Positions 1 through 10,514 of a stretch of 64,000 bases of DNA are shown here, one piece after another. Source of the DNA: Octopus sinensis (lineage: Eukaryota); contig NC_043024.1 of NCBI RefSeq assembly GCF_006345805.1, positions 1,302,001 to 1,366,000 on the forward strand, given 5' to 3'. Positions within the stretch are counted from its first letter, which is position 1; the number at the start of each line of letters is the position of its first letter. The notes under the pieces were generated by a model. That model saw nothing but the letters and a program-made list of their open reading frames with translations. It had not been told where the DNA came from and searched no databases. The position numbers were made by a program, and so were the translations under genes.

Positions 1-45
1 TATTATTATTATTATTTTATTTTTTTTATTATTATTATTATTTTA

Positions 46-76
<31 letters not shown>

Positions 77-127
77 TTATTATTATTATTATTATTTTTA
101 TTATTATTTTTTATTATTATTATATTA

Positions 128-158
<31 letters not shown>

Positions 159-195
159 TTATTTTATTTTTTTTATTATTATATTATTATTATTA

Positions 196-227
<32 letters not shown>

Positions 228-250
228 CATTATTATTATTATTATTATTA
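1..250. repeat. (TTA)n microsatellite, imperfect
   Basis: Directly visible; abuts a SINE head at 251. Confidence 0.95.
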
Positions 251-670
251 GGCAGTGAGCTGGCAGAATTGTTAGCATGCTTGGCAGTATTTCATTTGTC
301 TTTAGGTTCTGAGTTCAAATCCCGCTGAGGTCGACTTTGCCTTTCACCTTTTTGGGGTTGATAAAATAAGTACCAGTTGAGCACTGGGGTTGATGTAATT
401 GACCCACGCCTTCCCACCAAAATTTCAAGCCTAAAGCAGAAGGGATTGTTGTTGTTTTTGTTGATTATATTAAAAGAAATCATTATCGTTGTTGTTGTTG
501 TTGTTATAATCATTATTATTATTATTATTTTTCCGCCGAGGTTGACTTTGCCACTCATCCTTTCAAGGTTGATGAAATAAATACCAGTTATACACTGGGG
601 TCAATGTAATCGACTCAGCCCCCTCCCCCAAAGATGCTGTCCTCGTGGCAAAATCTGAAACCATTATTAT
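251..670 (+). mobile_element. Two copies (one 5'-truncated) of the abundant tRNA-derived SINE 'family A'
   Basis: Head gagctggcagaa...gttctgagttcaaat (A/B-box-like), central gtcgactttgcctttcatcctt..ggggt.gataaaataagtaccag (resembles the Meta/MESC domain, from memory), (ATT)n tail. Confidence 0.85.
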
Positions 671-738
671 TATTATTAATTAATTCTCGTTTCATTTCCT
701 CTTTTCCCCACCATTTTCCTCTTTTGTCTACTTTGCAG

Positions 739-958
739 CAACAAGAGCAAGATCCGACCAATTTGTATATTGCCAATCTTCCGCCATATTTCACCGAAGA
801 ACACCTGGAGAATTTGTTCAAGGAATATGGAACTGTGATTTCGACAAGGATTTTACGGAAATTGGACGGCCAGAGTAGAGGGGTGGGATTTGCACGGATG
901 GAGAGCAAAGAGAAATGTGAACAGATTATTCAAAACTTTAATTCCAAAATTTTGGCAG
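739..958 (+). CDS. RBMS: RBMS/shep-family RNA-binding protein, internal exon encoding most of RRM2 (gene starts upstream of the window)
   Basis: Pyrimidine tract then ttgcag|CAA (phase 0); donor GCAG|gtaagc (phase 1). Translates [15 protein letters not shown]...ISTRILR...[19 protein letters not shown], the RBMS/shep RRM2 signature (RNP2 LYIANL, RNP1 RGVGFARM). Confidence 0.96.
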
Positions 959-1150
959 GTAAGCATATCTTTTGTTGTTATCGTTGTTGTTGTTGTTGTT
1001 GATGATGATGGTGATTAATTATGGAATGCCAGTTCGCAGTATTGTTGCTTCCGTCTTTTACCGGTAGCAGGAATTAAACTGGAGATTGTAAACCAAGGAA
1101 TCACTCCTCCATTTCACTTCGCTTTCACTGCTGACACCTGTAGCTTTGTA

Positions 1151-1615
1151 CGAGGGGCTGCTGAAAAATTCCTGGCTTTAAAGGTATCACGAAAGGCCTG
1201 GTTGGAGGCCCAACCTTCTGAGTTCTTTTATAGGCCTTAGAAAAGCAGAAGGACTGCTGCAATAAGTGTGTGAATCTGGAGACACATGGCCTAGTGGTTA
1301 GAGCAGCGGACTCGCGGTCAAGGGATCGCGGGTTCAAATCTCAGACCGGGCGATGTGTGTGTTTATGAGTGAAACACCTAAGCTCCATGCGGCTCCGGCA
1401 GAAGGTAATGGCAAACTTCTGCTGACTCTTTCGCCACAGATTTCTCTCACTCTTTCCTCCTGCACCTTGCAGCTCACCTGTGACAGACCAGCGCCCTGTC
1501 CAGGTGGGGAACCTATACGCCAAGGAAACTGGCCCTGTGAGCCAGGCGTGGCGCGAGAAGGAACAAACAACAAACATCATATTTTATACTTTTCATCCCC
1601 AGGCACAAAGCCACT
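1151..1615 (+). mobile_element. Mariner-derived MITE remnant interrupted by a SINE
   Basis: TA + CGAGGGGCTGCTGAAAAATTCCTGGCTTT mariner-type terminus. Internal tgcaataagtgtgtgaatctg reads CNKCVNL, like a mariner transposase C-terminus. Only a partial right-end remnant (aaagcca, ~1608-1614). Confidence 0.6.
1281..1575 (+). mobile_element. Full-length tRNA-derived SINE 'family B1' (possibly octopus OR-type)
   Basis: A box tggcctagtggttag, B box gggttcaaatct, CpG-rich body, (AAC)n-like tail. Confidence 0.85.
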
Positions 1616-1699
1616 TTCTTCTTCAATGCTAGTCTCTCCACACCACCATCATCCATCGGCTGAAGGTCCTGCCTTGCAAAATTATTTGGGTAAACCTCA

Positions 1700-1935
1700 C
1701 TAGTGCTGGTGCCACATAAAAAGCACCCAACACTTTCCGTTCAGTGGTTTGCATTAGAAAGGGGCACCCAGCTGTAGAAACCATACCAAAGCAGACAACT
1801 GGGGCCTGGAACAGCCCCTTTGGCTTGTCAGCCCTTGTCAATCTGTTCAACCCATGGCAGCATTCAAAATAAATGTTAAATGGTAGTGGCAATGTTGATG
1901 ATGATGATGGCAGTGATGATGATGATGATGAAGAA
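1700..1935 (+). mobile_element. Retroelement 3' tail with (GAT)n end; related copies at ~2660-2765 (+), ~4478-4650 (-), ~14690-14900 (+), ~33160-33435 (+)
   Basis: Shared motif gtgccac.taaaaagcaccc...gttggcatt.ggaagggcatccagctgtagaaacc...aacccatgccagcatgg recurs in the window. Confidence 0.75.
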
Positions 1936-1995
1936 GAGTGACTGATATTTGTATTTTTTTTCTTCAAAACCTTTTTTTGTCTTTGTCTTTAACAG

Positions 1996-2114
1996 GTGGC
2001 AATGAGCCTCTTTTGGTAAAATTTGCTGATGGTGGCAGTAAAAAAAAAGCTCAATATCAACAAAACCGTTCCTGGACAGAAAGGGCTGATGCCAACAATT
2101 ATAGCTTTGTAGCT
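1996..2114 (+). CDS. RBMS: RBMS/shep-like exon (end of RRM2)
   Basis: tttaacag|GT acceptor matches phase 1. Translates (G)GNEPLLVKFADGGSKKKAQYQQNRSWTERADANNYSFVA; EPLLxKFADGG is the family RRM2 end. Donor GCT|gtaagt, phase 0. Confidence 0.95.
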
Positions 2115-2138
2115 GTAAGTACTCTTTCTTTCCTTTAA

Positions 2139-2358
2139 CCCCTTCGTTACCAACCTGACTGAAACCACCTCTGGCTCTGAGTACAAATGTCTTGTTTTCA
2201 AAAGTTTTGAATTAAAATCTTCCACCAAACCTTAGTCACAAATTATGTTCCTAACTCTAGCTTAACGATAACTAAGTTATTTTACTAAATTCTTTGTTAT
2301 ATTTAAAGTAATTGGAAGAAACACAGAGCATCTCAAAATAAATACAGTAACAAAAGGG
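2139..2358. mobile_element. piggyBac-type MITE
   Basis: TTAA|CCCCTTCGTTAC ... GTAACAAAAGGG|TTAG: CCC/GGG terminal inverted repeats with a TTAA-like target site. Confidence 0.75.
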
Positions 2359-2775
2359 TTAGACTGTTGCTTTCCAACATGTATTCCCACATCAATAACT
2401 GGCCCTGCCTGATTCCTGCTTTCTCCGAGATAATTCTATGCCCTTCTCCATCTCTGACAAACTTCTTTTCACCCATTGCATACCATGACAGTATATTTCA
2501 CCCCCCCCCCCTGCTCTAACATCACCAATAAAGTCCTTTCTCAAGTGATGACCGATTGACCAGAGAATGAGAACCAACTGTAGATGCTTGAAAGTTCATT
2601 TGCTGTACTCAAGAAGACTTGCCCACCACCACAGAATTGATGCCCTAAAATGAAAGTGTCACGTAAAAAGCTTCGATGCTGGTGCTGGTGCCACATGAAA
2701 AGCACCCAGTACACTCTGTAAAGTGGTTGGCATCAGGAAGGGCATCCAACTGTAGAAACCATGAAACAGCTGTAA

Positions 2776-3060
2776 GGAGATCTCCTGCCTTTTTCCAACA
2801 TTATAAGGGAAAGGTGCTTGCATCTTGTGGGATATTGCTGGGGAGCTAAACGAGGGCTGGCAAGTGACCGACTGCTATGAATGCCAAAGCATGGCCGTAA
2901 TCATGCTGGTCGTCCGGATACAACATATGTGGATCGACTCATCAGAGACAGTGGATGCCTCCCCAAAGACCCCCCTCAACTAATGCAGGGCCAAGATGGA
3001 TGGTCTGTGCACGTTACAAATGTCTGAGCAAGCTCAGCCTGACGATGATGATGATGATGA
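2776..3060 (+). mobile_element. RTE-clade LINE 3' fragment (decayed ORF2 C-terminus)
   Basis: Translates ...IIRERCLHLVGYCWGAKRGLASDRLL*MPKHGRNHAGRPDTTYVDRLIRDSGC...DGW, the RTE C-terminal RxL..GH/GRP..D pattern. Ends in (GAT)n. Confidence 0.8.
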
Positions 3061-3221
3061 CATTAGCTTGTGTTTGTTTCATTAGAATTATTTATTTGAT
3101 AATTGAAAGTTGAATAAGAAAGGTGAAATTGTTAAACGATGATCCCGGTCATCGTGGTCTGTTTTGTTTCGTATAACCAGAAACTGAACTAAACTTGCAA
3201 CTCTTTTTCCGCTCCTTGTAG

Positions 3222-3265
3222 GGAATACCTGTTGGCTATGACCAGTCAAGCATTGCTCAAAATGG
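3222..3265 (+). CDS. RBMS: RBMS/shep-like 44-nt exon (not in ORF track)
   Basis: ccttgtag|GGA ... AATGG|gtaagt. Translates GIPVGYDQSSIAQN(G), resembling the G-x-x-x-x-YD-x(5-6)-QNG block recalled from RBMS1/shep. Phase 0 to 2. Confidence 0.9.
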
Positions 3266-3636
3266 GTAAGTTACTATCATTGGCTATTTTATATCTGTTT
3301 TAACCATCGTTTTATAAGAAATCCCCATCCTTAAACCAGTAAAGCTCTTGGAATAACTGGTGCCATGTCTGTGTAGAGGACAGTAGACTCAAAGAGCCCC
3401 AAAGGGATTGATTCCTCAGATGTTTACGATTGGGTGTTCACTTGTGTATTTGCAAATCGGGGTGTATTGAGAGGTACTTTACAGGTTGGTCTGCTGAGAG
3501 TTCTTAGACATATTTTAAGGGTGAGAGCCCTTATATGTAGGTAGGATTATGGGGAGAGCTCTTAGACCTATTTTAAGAGCTCTTATATGCAGGTAGGACT
3601 ATTAGGGAGCTCTTATGTGTATTTTAAAGGTAGGAT

Positions 3637-4285
3637 TGCTGCTTGCTTGCTTGCTTCATACCCTTGTTTGATGGGGCTGGGTTCATCCCAGGTTTGTGGT
3701 CCCAAAGACATCATAATAGGGAGACCCAACCAAGTTCACTAGTGCTCTCCATTACTGGCGCAATGGCCCAGTGGTTAGGGCAGCGGACTCGCGGTCATAG
3801 GATCGCGGTTTCGATTCCCAGACCGGGCGTTGTGTTTATTGAGCGAAAACACCTAAAAGCTCCACGAGGCTCCGGCAGGGATGGTGGTGATCCCTGCTGT
3901 ACTCTTTCACCACAACTTTCTCTCACTCTTACTTCCTGTTTCTGTTGTACCTTGTATTTCAAAGGGCCGGCCTTGTCACTCTCTGTGTCACGCTGAATAT
4001 CCCCGAGAACTACGTTAAGGGTGCGCGTGTCTGTGGAGTGCTCAGCCACTTGCACGTTAATTTCACGAGCAGGCTGTTCCGTTGATTCGGATCAACCGGA
4101 ACCCTCGTCGTCGTAACTGACGGAGTGCTTCCATCCTTCCATTACTGGCGGTCTACATCCTCCAAGGTGATGTCAAGCCTCTAGAGATCTTCCCTAATCA
4201 CATCCAACCATCTGGCGCATGGCCTGACAAAGGTCCTCTTCCATCCTGCGGCTATTGTGTTGAATAAGAGAACTGGATTACTGAG
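3637..4285 (-). mobile_element. RTE-clade LINE 3' fragment split by a SINE insertion
   Basis: Minus strand reads AGWKRTFVRPCARWLDVIREDL*RLDITLEDVDRQ*WRALVNLVG across the insertion point. (GCAA)n tail at ~3637-3657. Confidence 0.75.
3757..4137 (+). mobile_element. Young full-length tRNA-derived SINE 'family B2' with target-site duplication
   Basis: A box tggcccagtggttagg, B box ggtttcgattccc. tccattactggcg is duplicated at 3748-3760 and 4138-4150. Same head as the 1281 SINE but a different tail; that tail recurs on the minus strand at ~5725-5870, ~12740-12850 and ~59190-59370. Confidence 0.9.
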
Positions 4286-5264
4286 GACTCCCTTAGATAT
4301 TTCAAAGGGACAACTATTGAGAGCTCTTACATGGATTACATGGAATTAACACTGAGAGCTGCTTTGTGTATTTAGGGGAGAAATGATTTTGCTGGGATTT
4401 CCTATTTGTGTGTAGAAGAAGTCTCTTTACATTTATTTTTCAAGTGTGGCTCCTTAATTTTGCTTGGGATCATTCGTTATCATTTAACATCTGATTTCCA
4501 TGCTGTCATGGGTTGGACGGCTTGACAGGAATTGGCAAGTTAGAAGACTGCACCAAACTCTGCTGACGGTTTTGGCATCGTTTCTGTGTCACGCCGTCCT
4601 TCCTAACTGCAAACACTGCACAGGCCATACTGGGTGCTTTTTTTACGTAACACAAGCAGCAATGGGATTACCAGGTATCGTGCAAGACAAGACCCTCTCA
4701 GCTGCTGGTGGTGGGGTATTATTGAGGGACAGAAAAGGTATCTTGTGTTAGAAGAGAAACATAGCTACCCTTAGATGGGAATTGAGTGGAGGCCCTATTT
4801 TTTTTAACATGTACCCGTAATTGTTTTTACTTTTATTTTTCTCTTGTTTTCTGTATTTGTTTATTTGCATTCTGTTCGTTTACACACCTGCGTTAAGTCC
4901 TTACCTGGAATAATCGCCTCCTTTTATCTCTTACAAATTTCCAGGAATATTGCAATGTTAACATTCTTAGGTAGGTTGACTCTCCAAACAGAAACCTTTA
5001 GATGCCACGGTTCACTTGTTTGAGTTAATACTAATTAATAACGGTCGTGGTAGTGGCTGGGGAGAGGGGAGAGATTAATTGTTTTTGTTTGTTTATTATT
5101 GTTTATATTCAATGGGGGTACTACACTGACTTTTGCTGAGGGTAGAGTGACACAGTCAGGGGTGTACAGTATCAAATATAAAAGGGTATAAAACTCTTCA
5201 TCTAAGCCACCATGTGGACAGCAACAGAGTCGTCTTGATTTAGTGTCCCTTGCAGGCAGTGCAG

Positions 5265-5706
5265 TCCTTCAGTCTAGGGTACCCTGTAGATAGTGCAGTG
5301 TCTTAGTTTAGGGTACCATGTAAGCAGTGCAGTATTTTGATGTAAGGTATCATATAGACTGGACAGTGTCTTGGTTTAGGGTACCATGCAGACAGTACAG
5401 TGTCTTGGTTTAGGGTACCATGCAGACAGTACAGTGTCTTGGTTTAGGGTACCATGCAGACAGTGCAGTGTCTTGGTTTAGGGTACCATGCAGACAGTGC
5501 AGTGTCTTGGTTTAGGGTACCATGCAGACAGTACAGTGTCTTGGTTTAGGGTACCATGCAGACAGTACAGTGTCTTGGTTTAGGGTACCATGCAGACAGT
5601 ACAGTGTCTTGGTTTAGGGTACCATGCGGACAGTACAGTGTCTTGGTTTAGGGTACCATGCGGACAGTACAGTGTCTTGGTTTAGGGTACCATGCGGACA
5701 GTACAG
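5265..5706. repeat. 34-bp minisatellite (tgtcttggtttagggtaccatgcagacagtacag): 10 near-identical units plus ~3 degenerate
   Basis: Unit starts at 5367, 5401, 5435 ... 5673; no spacers. Confidence 0.95.
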
Positions 5707-6422
5707 TACCATGTAAAGAGTTAAACTGGAACTCTGTTGGTTACTATGACGAGGGTTCCAGTTGATCCGATCAACAGAACAGCCTGCTCGGGAAATTAAC
5801 ATGCAAGTGGCTGAGTGCTCCACAGACATGTGTACTCTTAACATATTTCTCAGCGTGACACTCAGGTAAACTCCTTTTCGCCAGCTGAGTGGACTGGAGC
5901 AATGAGAAGTAAAGAGCCTTGCTCAAGGACACAATACGTCACTGGGAATTGAACTCACGACCTTACGACTGAGCTAAACACACTGTAGTGAAGAGCAACA
6001 AACCCCTTAAATTTACACGTTACAACCCCGATTGTTCCCTAGCTTTTAACCTCGTTATTTCTAACACTGAAAGGTTTTTCACGGTTTAATTTATCAACAA
6101 AATTAGTTTTGTTTCGTTTGTTTTACATTTTGTATTGTTTTTTTTCATAGTTCATTCGTCTGTTGTTTGTTTCAAATATAAATATATATTCACACACACA
6201 CACACACATGCATACATACACATATACATACATAGGTGTATGTTTATATATTTATGCATGTGTATGCGTGTATTATATATGTATATGTATGTATGTATGT
6301 ATATGTGAGGTATCTTTGCCATATTGAGATGGCAAATATACCTCACATTGTCATGCAGTTACTGTTTATACTTCATTCAGAGATTTATTATTGCTTATAT
6401 ATATATACATACATATATATAT

Positions 6423-6457
<35 letters not shown>

Positions 6458-7117
6458 ATCAATATTTGCGGTTGAAGCTTTGGCTGTTATTTCTAGTGGG
6501 TGAATGGCTTATTATGGCCGTTCCTTGATTGTTGATATATATATATATCTATATATATAGGCCTGTTGTGTATATAATGTGAACATGGAAATTATTGATG
6601 CATTTATCCTAGTCTTTAATCTGGAATAGATTAGAATTTTGTTCATGCCATAGAAAGAACTTAAAAGATTTCTTGACAACAGCAGAGAGAGAGAGAGAGA
6701 GAGAGAGTTTGGCAGAATGGTTGGCATGCCAGGCATCATGCCTTAGCAGCATTTCGTCCCTCATTTGTGTTCTGAGCTTGAATTCTGCCAAGGTCAACTT
6801 TGCCTTTCATCCCTTTCGGGGTCGATAAAATAAGTACCTGTTGAGCACTGGGATTGATGTACTCAACTTGACCCCTCTTCTGAAATTGCTGGCCTTGTGC
6901 CAAAACTTGAAACCAATATTAAGGAGAGAGAGATTAAGTAATACTAAAAGCAACAGTACAGTTTTGAGTATTTATCGTTAGTGTTAGAAAATCTTTATTA
7001 ATTTAGCATCAGTAATGGACAGCAGAATGGAATGTTGTGAGACCTTCACAATTTTCCACCAGTCAGGCGACGCTGCCAGTGGTGAGCAACAGCATTGGTG
7101 TTTTGGGGGATATTCTG

Positions 7118-7620
7118 GTCACTCTGACTACAAAGATAATATGATGTAACAAAATTTTCATTTTTTGTCTTTGGTCAGTAAGTGTTATTTCCTATTTGCT
7201 TCGATCTAGAAATCAAAGGAAAAGATTACTATTTCCTTCAGACTCTGCTTTTTTTGACCTGGACATCAATGTTTTGAAACTGACCAATTTTCCATTACAT
7301 TTCACACAGATTCAGTACCGAGTGGCTGAAGCAGAAATATCGTTATAGCAAATGTTCTGCTCAATGCCACAGATTTGCTTGTCAGTCGTTTGACCTTAAT
7401 CATTTCACTGACAATCTGTGCATCTCTGATCAGGAGTAGTGGGGGAGCATCATAGCCATGTGTTGAGAGAGAAATTCTTTGGGGTTTGGAGTAAATGTAA
7501 CAAAAGCAAAGTTTGAGGGAAATATTAGCCATTCTTCATACTTTCTAAGGGTCAGCACATAGGAAATAACAGTTGCTAACCAAGGACAAAAATCATGTTA
7601 CACAGTGTAATCAAAGTGGC
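7118..7620. mobile_element. Old non-autonomous DNA transposon with ~60-bp imperfect TIRs; contains a fragment of the 9870-10460 repeat
   Basis: tgtaaca...tttttgtctttggtcagtaagtgttatttcctat (to 7195) vs ataggaaataacagttgctaaccaaggacaaaaatcatgttaca (from 7559). Confidence 0.6.
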
Positions 7621-8322
7621 CTGTTCCAAAAGACCTGCAATTGAAAGACTCTAGGGAGCATCTGGGACCCCATGACCTGGTAGTTCTGCTGAGAGGCATT
7701 ACCAGTTTAAAAGGAACTCTCCGAATATGGTAATACCATCCTCAGAGCCTGTCCTGGATGCTCATAGACTTTTGGCACCAAGCTGCATATATTCAGCCTG
7801 GGTTGAAGCATTATTGATTTGTAAAATAATGTTGACCCTTCAATGTTTAAACTGGCCACATCCAGCCCAAATATTCCATTGGGTTTATGTTCAGACCAGC
7901 TAGATCCAGCCTCTCATACCTACCCTGCAATGTTGTCTCATTTGACACCCTTGTGGCAGACAAAAATTATTATTGAGTTCAAATCCTGCTGAAAAGCCTG
8001 AAGAAATGTTCAACAGCATTTCATTCAGTTTTTGCATTCTGGGTTCAAATCCCTGAAGGTTGTCCTGGCATTTCGTCCTTTTGAGGACCAACAGAATTAG
8101 TAGGGTGCTATGGTCATGTGACTTGTCCCTTCTCTCAGAACTGCTGGCCTTGTGTCAGAATATACTGTTCTTATTGCTTATTCACCCTTCTTCATCTCTC
8201 ACAAACCCCCTCTCTCTATATATATATATATATATATAAAATTATTTGAGGGAATATTATTCCTAACTTACAGGGAAAAATTCAATTTAGAAATACTAAA
8301 TCAAATTTCACAAAATATAATA

Positions 8323-8690
8323 TATATATAAAAAATTAGAAAAAAATCACCTTTTTATCCATTCAAAATGAACAATTAAATTACACCATCTAGAAAATTA
8401 CATATAAAATAATAATATTATTATACCAATGATTGAGTAATGTGCAAAATAATAAATAAAACGTATATATTGGGTAGAATAACGACAAGTGTTTCGTGGC
8501 TATATTTAAGAAATGATCATAGTAAAAAAATTAGTATATACGTTTTGTTTATTATTTTGCACATTACTTAATCATCGGTATAATATATTTTATATTTAAT
8601 ATTTCTATTATATGTAATTTTCTAGATGGTGTAATTTAATTGTTCATTTTGAATGGATAAAAGGTGTTTTTTTTCTAATTTTTATATATA
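8323..8690. repeat. Long inverted repeat (~145-bp arms, ~65-nt spacer) embedded in (TA)n
   Basis: 8323-8469 is the reverse complement of 8535-8690 with few differences. Confidence 0.9.
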
Positions 8691-8823
8691 TACACACATA
8701 TATATATATATCTCTTAGCAATGATGTCTGTCTTTCTCCTGTTATTATTGTGTCTCTCAATCATTTTCATGGTTGATGGAGTGACACATGCTTATAGATG
8801 TACAGTCTTTATCTGCCTTACAG

Positions 8824-9013
8824 TGTGGGGGCCGCGCCCCCTGGGGGGGCAGCAGCAGCAGGCGGAGGTGGAGCAGTTGCCACAGCGATGATTCCAGCAG
8901 GGATGATGCCGAGGTACTCCATGTCCACCACCCCAGTCACCACATACCAAGTACAGTCCACCAACCCTGGCTGGATGCACCACCCACAGTATATCATGCC
9001 ACCCATTGCGCAT
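8824..9013 (+). CDS. RBMS: RBMS/shep-like exon, low-complexity C-terminal region (alternative in-frame acceptor possible at 8806)
   Basis: gccttacag|T matches phase 2. Translates VGAAPPGGAAAAGGGG...TPVTTYQVQSTNPGWMHHPQYIM, similar to RBMS1 [21 protein letters not shown] (recalled). Donor CAT|gtaagt. GC-rich island in AT-rich DNA. Confidence 0.9.
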
Positions 9014-9474
9014 GTAAGTATATAACCATCTACTCTTTCACTTGTTTAAGTCATTGGACAGCAGCCATTCAGGGGCAGTGCCTTCTACTCAAGTATATTT
9101 ATTTTCCCTTTTTTTCCCCCCTGTAAATCTGGTTCTTATTCTATCAGTCTTTTTTGCCAAACTGCTATAGTGCTTGGGGATGTAAACACACTAACACCGG
9201 TTGACAAACACAGACACAAAAACACACACAGTAGCCTTCAGGAGGCACATTCGTAACCTTAGAACATGATTTTTACCACTTTATTTTACTGAACCCTCAT
9301 TTGTTGCTCACAACAAGAGAATCTGTCATGTATGTGAAAAGGTTGAATTAGATTCGTCCTTTAATTTGGAGTTTTCCAAAAAAAGATTTCTGTTCTGTAA
9401 AAGGGCCTGTACTTTTTTTGTCTGTTTTTAATTGGAGCTTGTTAATGTCATGTGCCCATGGCATATAATACAGG

Positions 9475-9865
9475 CTATATAGCTGTGTGGTAAAGAGGTT
9501 TGCCTCTCAACCTTAAGAATTTTGGGTTCAGTCCCTGTGTGTGGAATCTTTGTCGAGTGTCTTCTACTGTGGCCCCGATCCGAAAGAAGCTCATTGTATA
9601 TTTGTGTGTGTATGTGAGAGTGTTACTGTCTCCTTGTCTTGACATTACATGATGGTTGTAAATGAGTGTCACTGTTATACATGCAGTGTCATTCCTTTCC
9701 AATCTTCAGTGAAAACTGGTCTGGTCTGGTCATGAGAAATTATTACTTTACCTGGAAACAGGTGGCAGTTGGTAACAGTAAGGCCAATTGACTATAGAAA
9801 TCTTAACTCCATAGATTCCATCAAACCAGTATAAGCAAGAAAATGTTATGTTAAAACGATGATGA
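9475..9865 (+). mobile_element. tRNA/CORE-like SINE 'family C' (related + strand copies ~16137-16525, ~23150-23420, ~54180-54420)
   Basis: gctgtgtggtaag...gggttcagtccc head; CORE-like ttgggcaagtgtcttc variant; internal (TG)n. Confidence 0.7.
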
Positions 9866-9869
9866 CTAT

Positions 9870-10460
9870 TATTATTATTATTGAGTGAGAGAACAGTTCA
9901 TGCCGTCAAAGTGACACTAGGGTACAAATATATGAAGCCCAATATACCCATCATAACTACCCATCTGATAAGGGCACACCAGGCACAGGCACATGTATCA
10001 CAACTATATGTGCATGACAGGGTGCTCTCATATCAAGATAAACAGCACATGACCTTTCAGGTGAGGCCCTGTTAGAATTTTCTTCAGGTCGAGTAGCCCG
10101 TCCTGCTCAAAAGGTCCCTGAATAAGTTTTGTTTTAAGGATGTTGAACAAACCACCCATGTTTCCAGAGGTGAACTATTCAAACCCCAAAGAATTCCTCT
10201 CAACACATGGCTATGATGCTCCCCCACTACTTCTGCTCGTGATCAGAGATGCACATATTGTCAGCCACCAAGGGCCATGCTGTACTAGCTATGGTCAAAC
10301 AACTGACAAGCAAATCTGTGGTATTGTGCAGAATATTTGCTGTAGCCCATCTTTTCTACCTAGACAAAACAATGTACATGATAACACTTCCAATCTGTTA
10401 AGATCAGAAGCCATGAGAGCCACTGCCTGGTACTGCATCAGAGCATTTATTATTATTGTT
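9870..10460 (-). mobile_element. ~580-bp dispersed repeat with (AAT)n end; fragments at ~7305-7490 and ~13600-13705
   Basis: Near-identical segments recur elsewhere in the window; bounded by (TTA)n. Confidence 0.7.
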
Positions 10461-10514
10461 GTTATTGTTATGTTTGGAAGAGGGTGTGTATACATAAATA
10501 CATATAGTGGATCT

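Noticed and set aside
1281-1350. Possible tRNA genes at SINE heads (also 3757, 12040-12107)
   Set aside because: They continue into SINE bodies and tails and lack a proper acceptor stem, so they are annotated as SINEs.
5265-5706. CRISPR-like regular 34-bp repeat
   Set aside because: Units are contiguous with no unique spacers, there are no cas genes, and the context is a eukaryotic intron.
6120-6182. Strong acceptor-like tttttcatag at 6150
   Set aside because: No convincing donor follows, and the frame hits a stop within ~10 codons; cannot support an exon.
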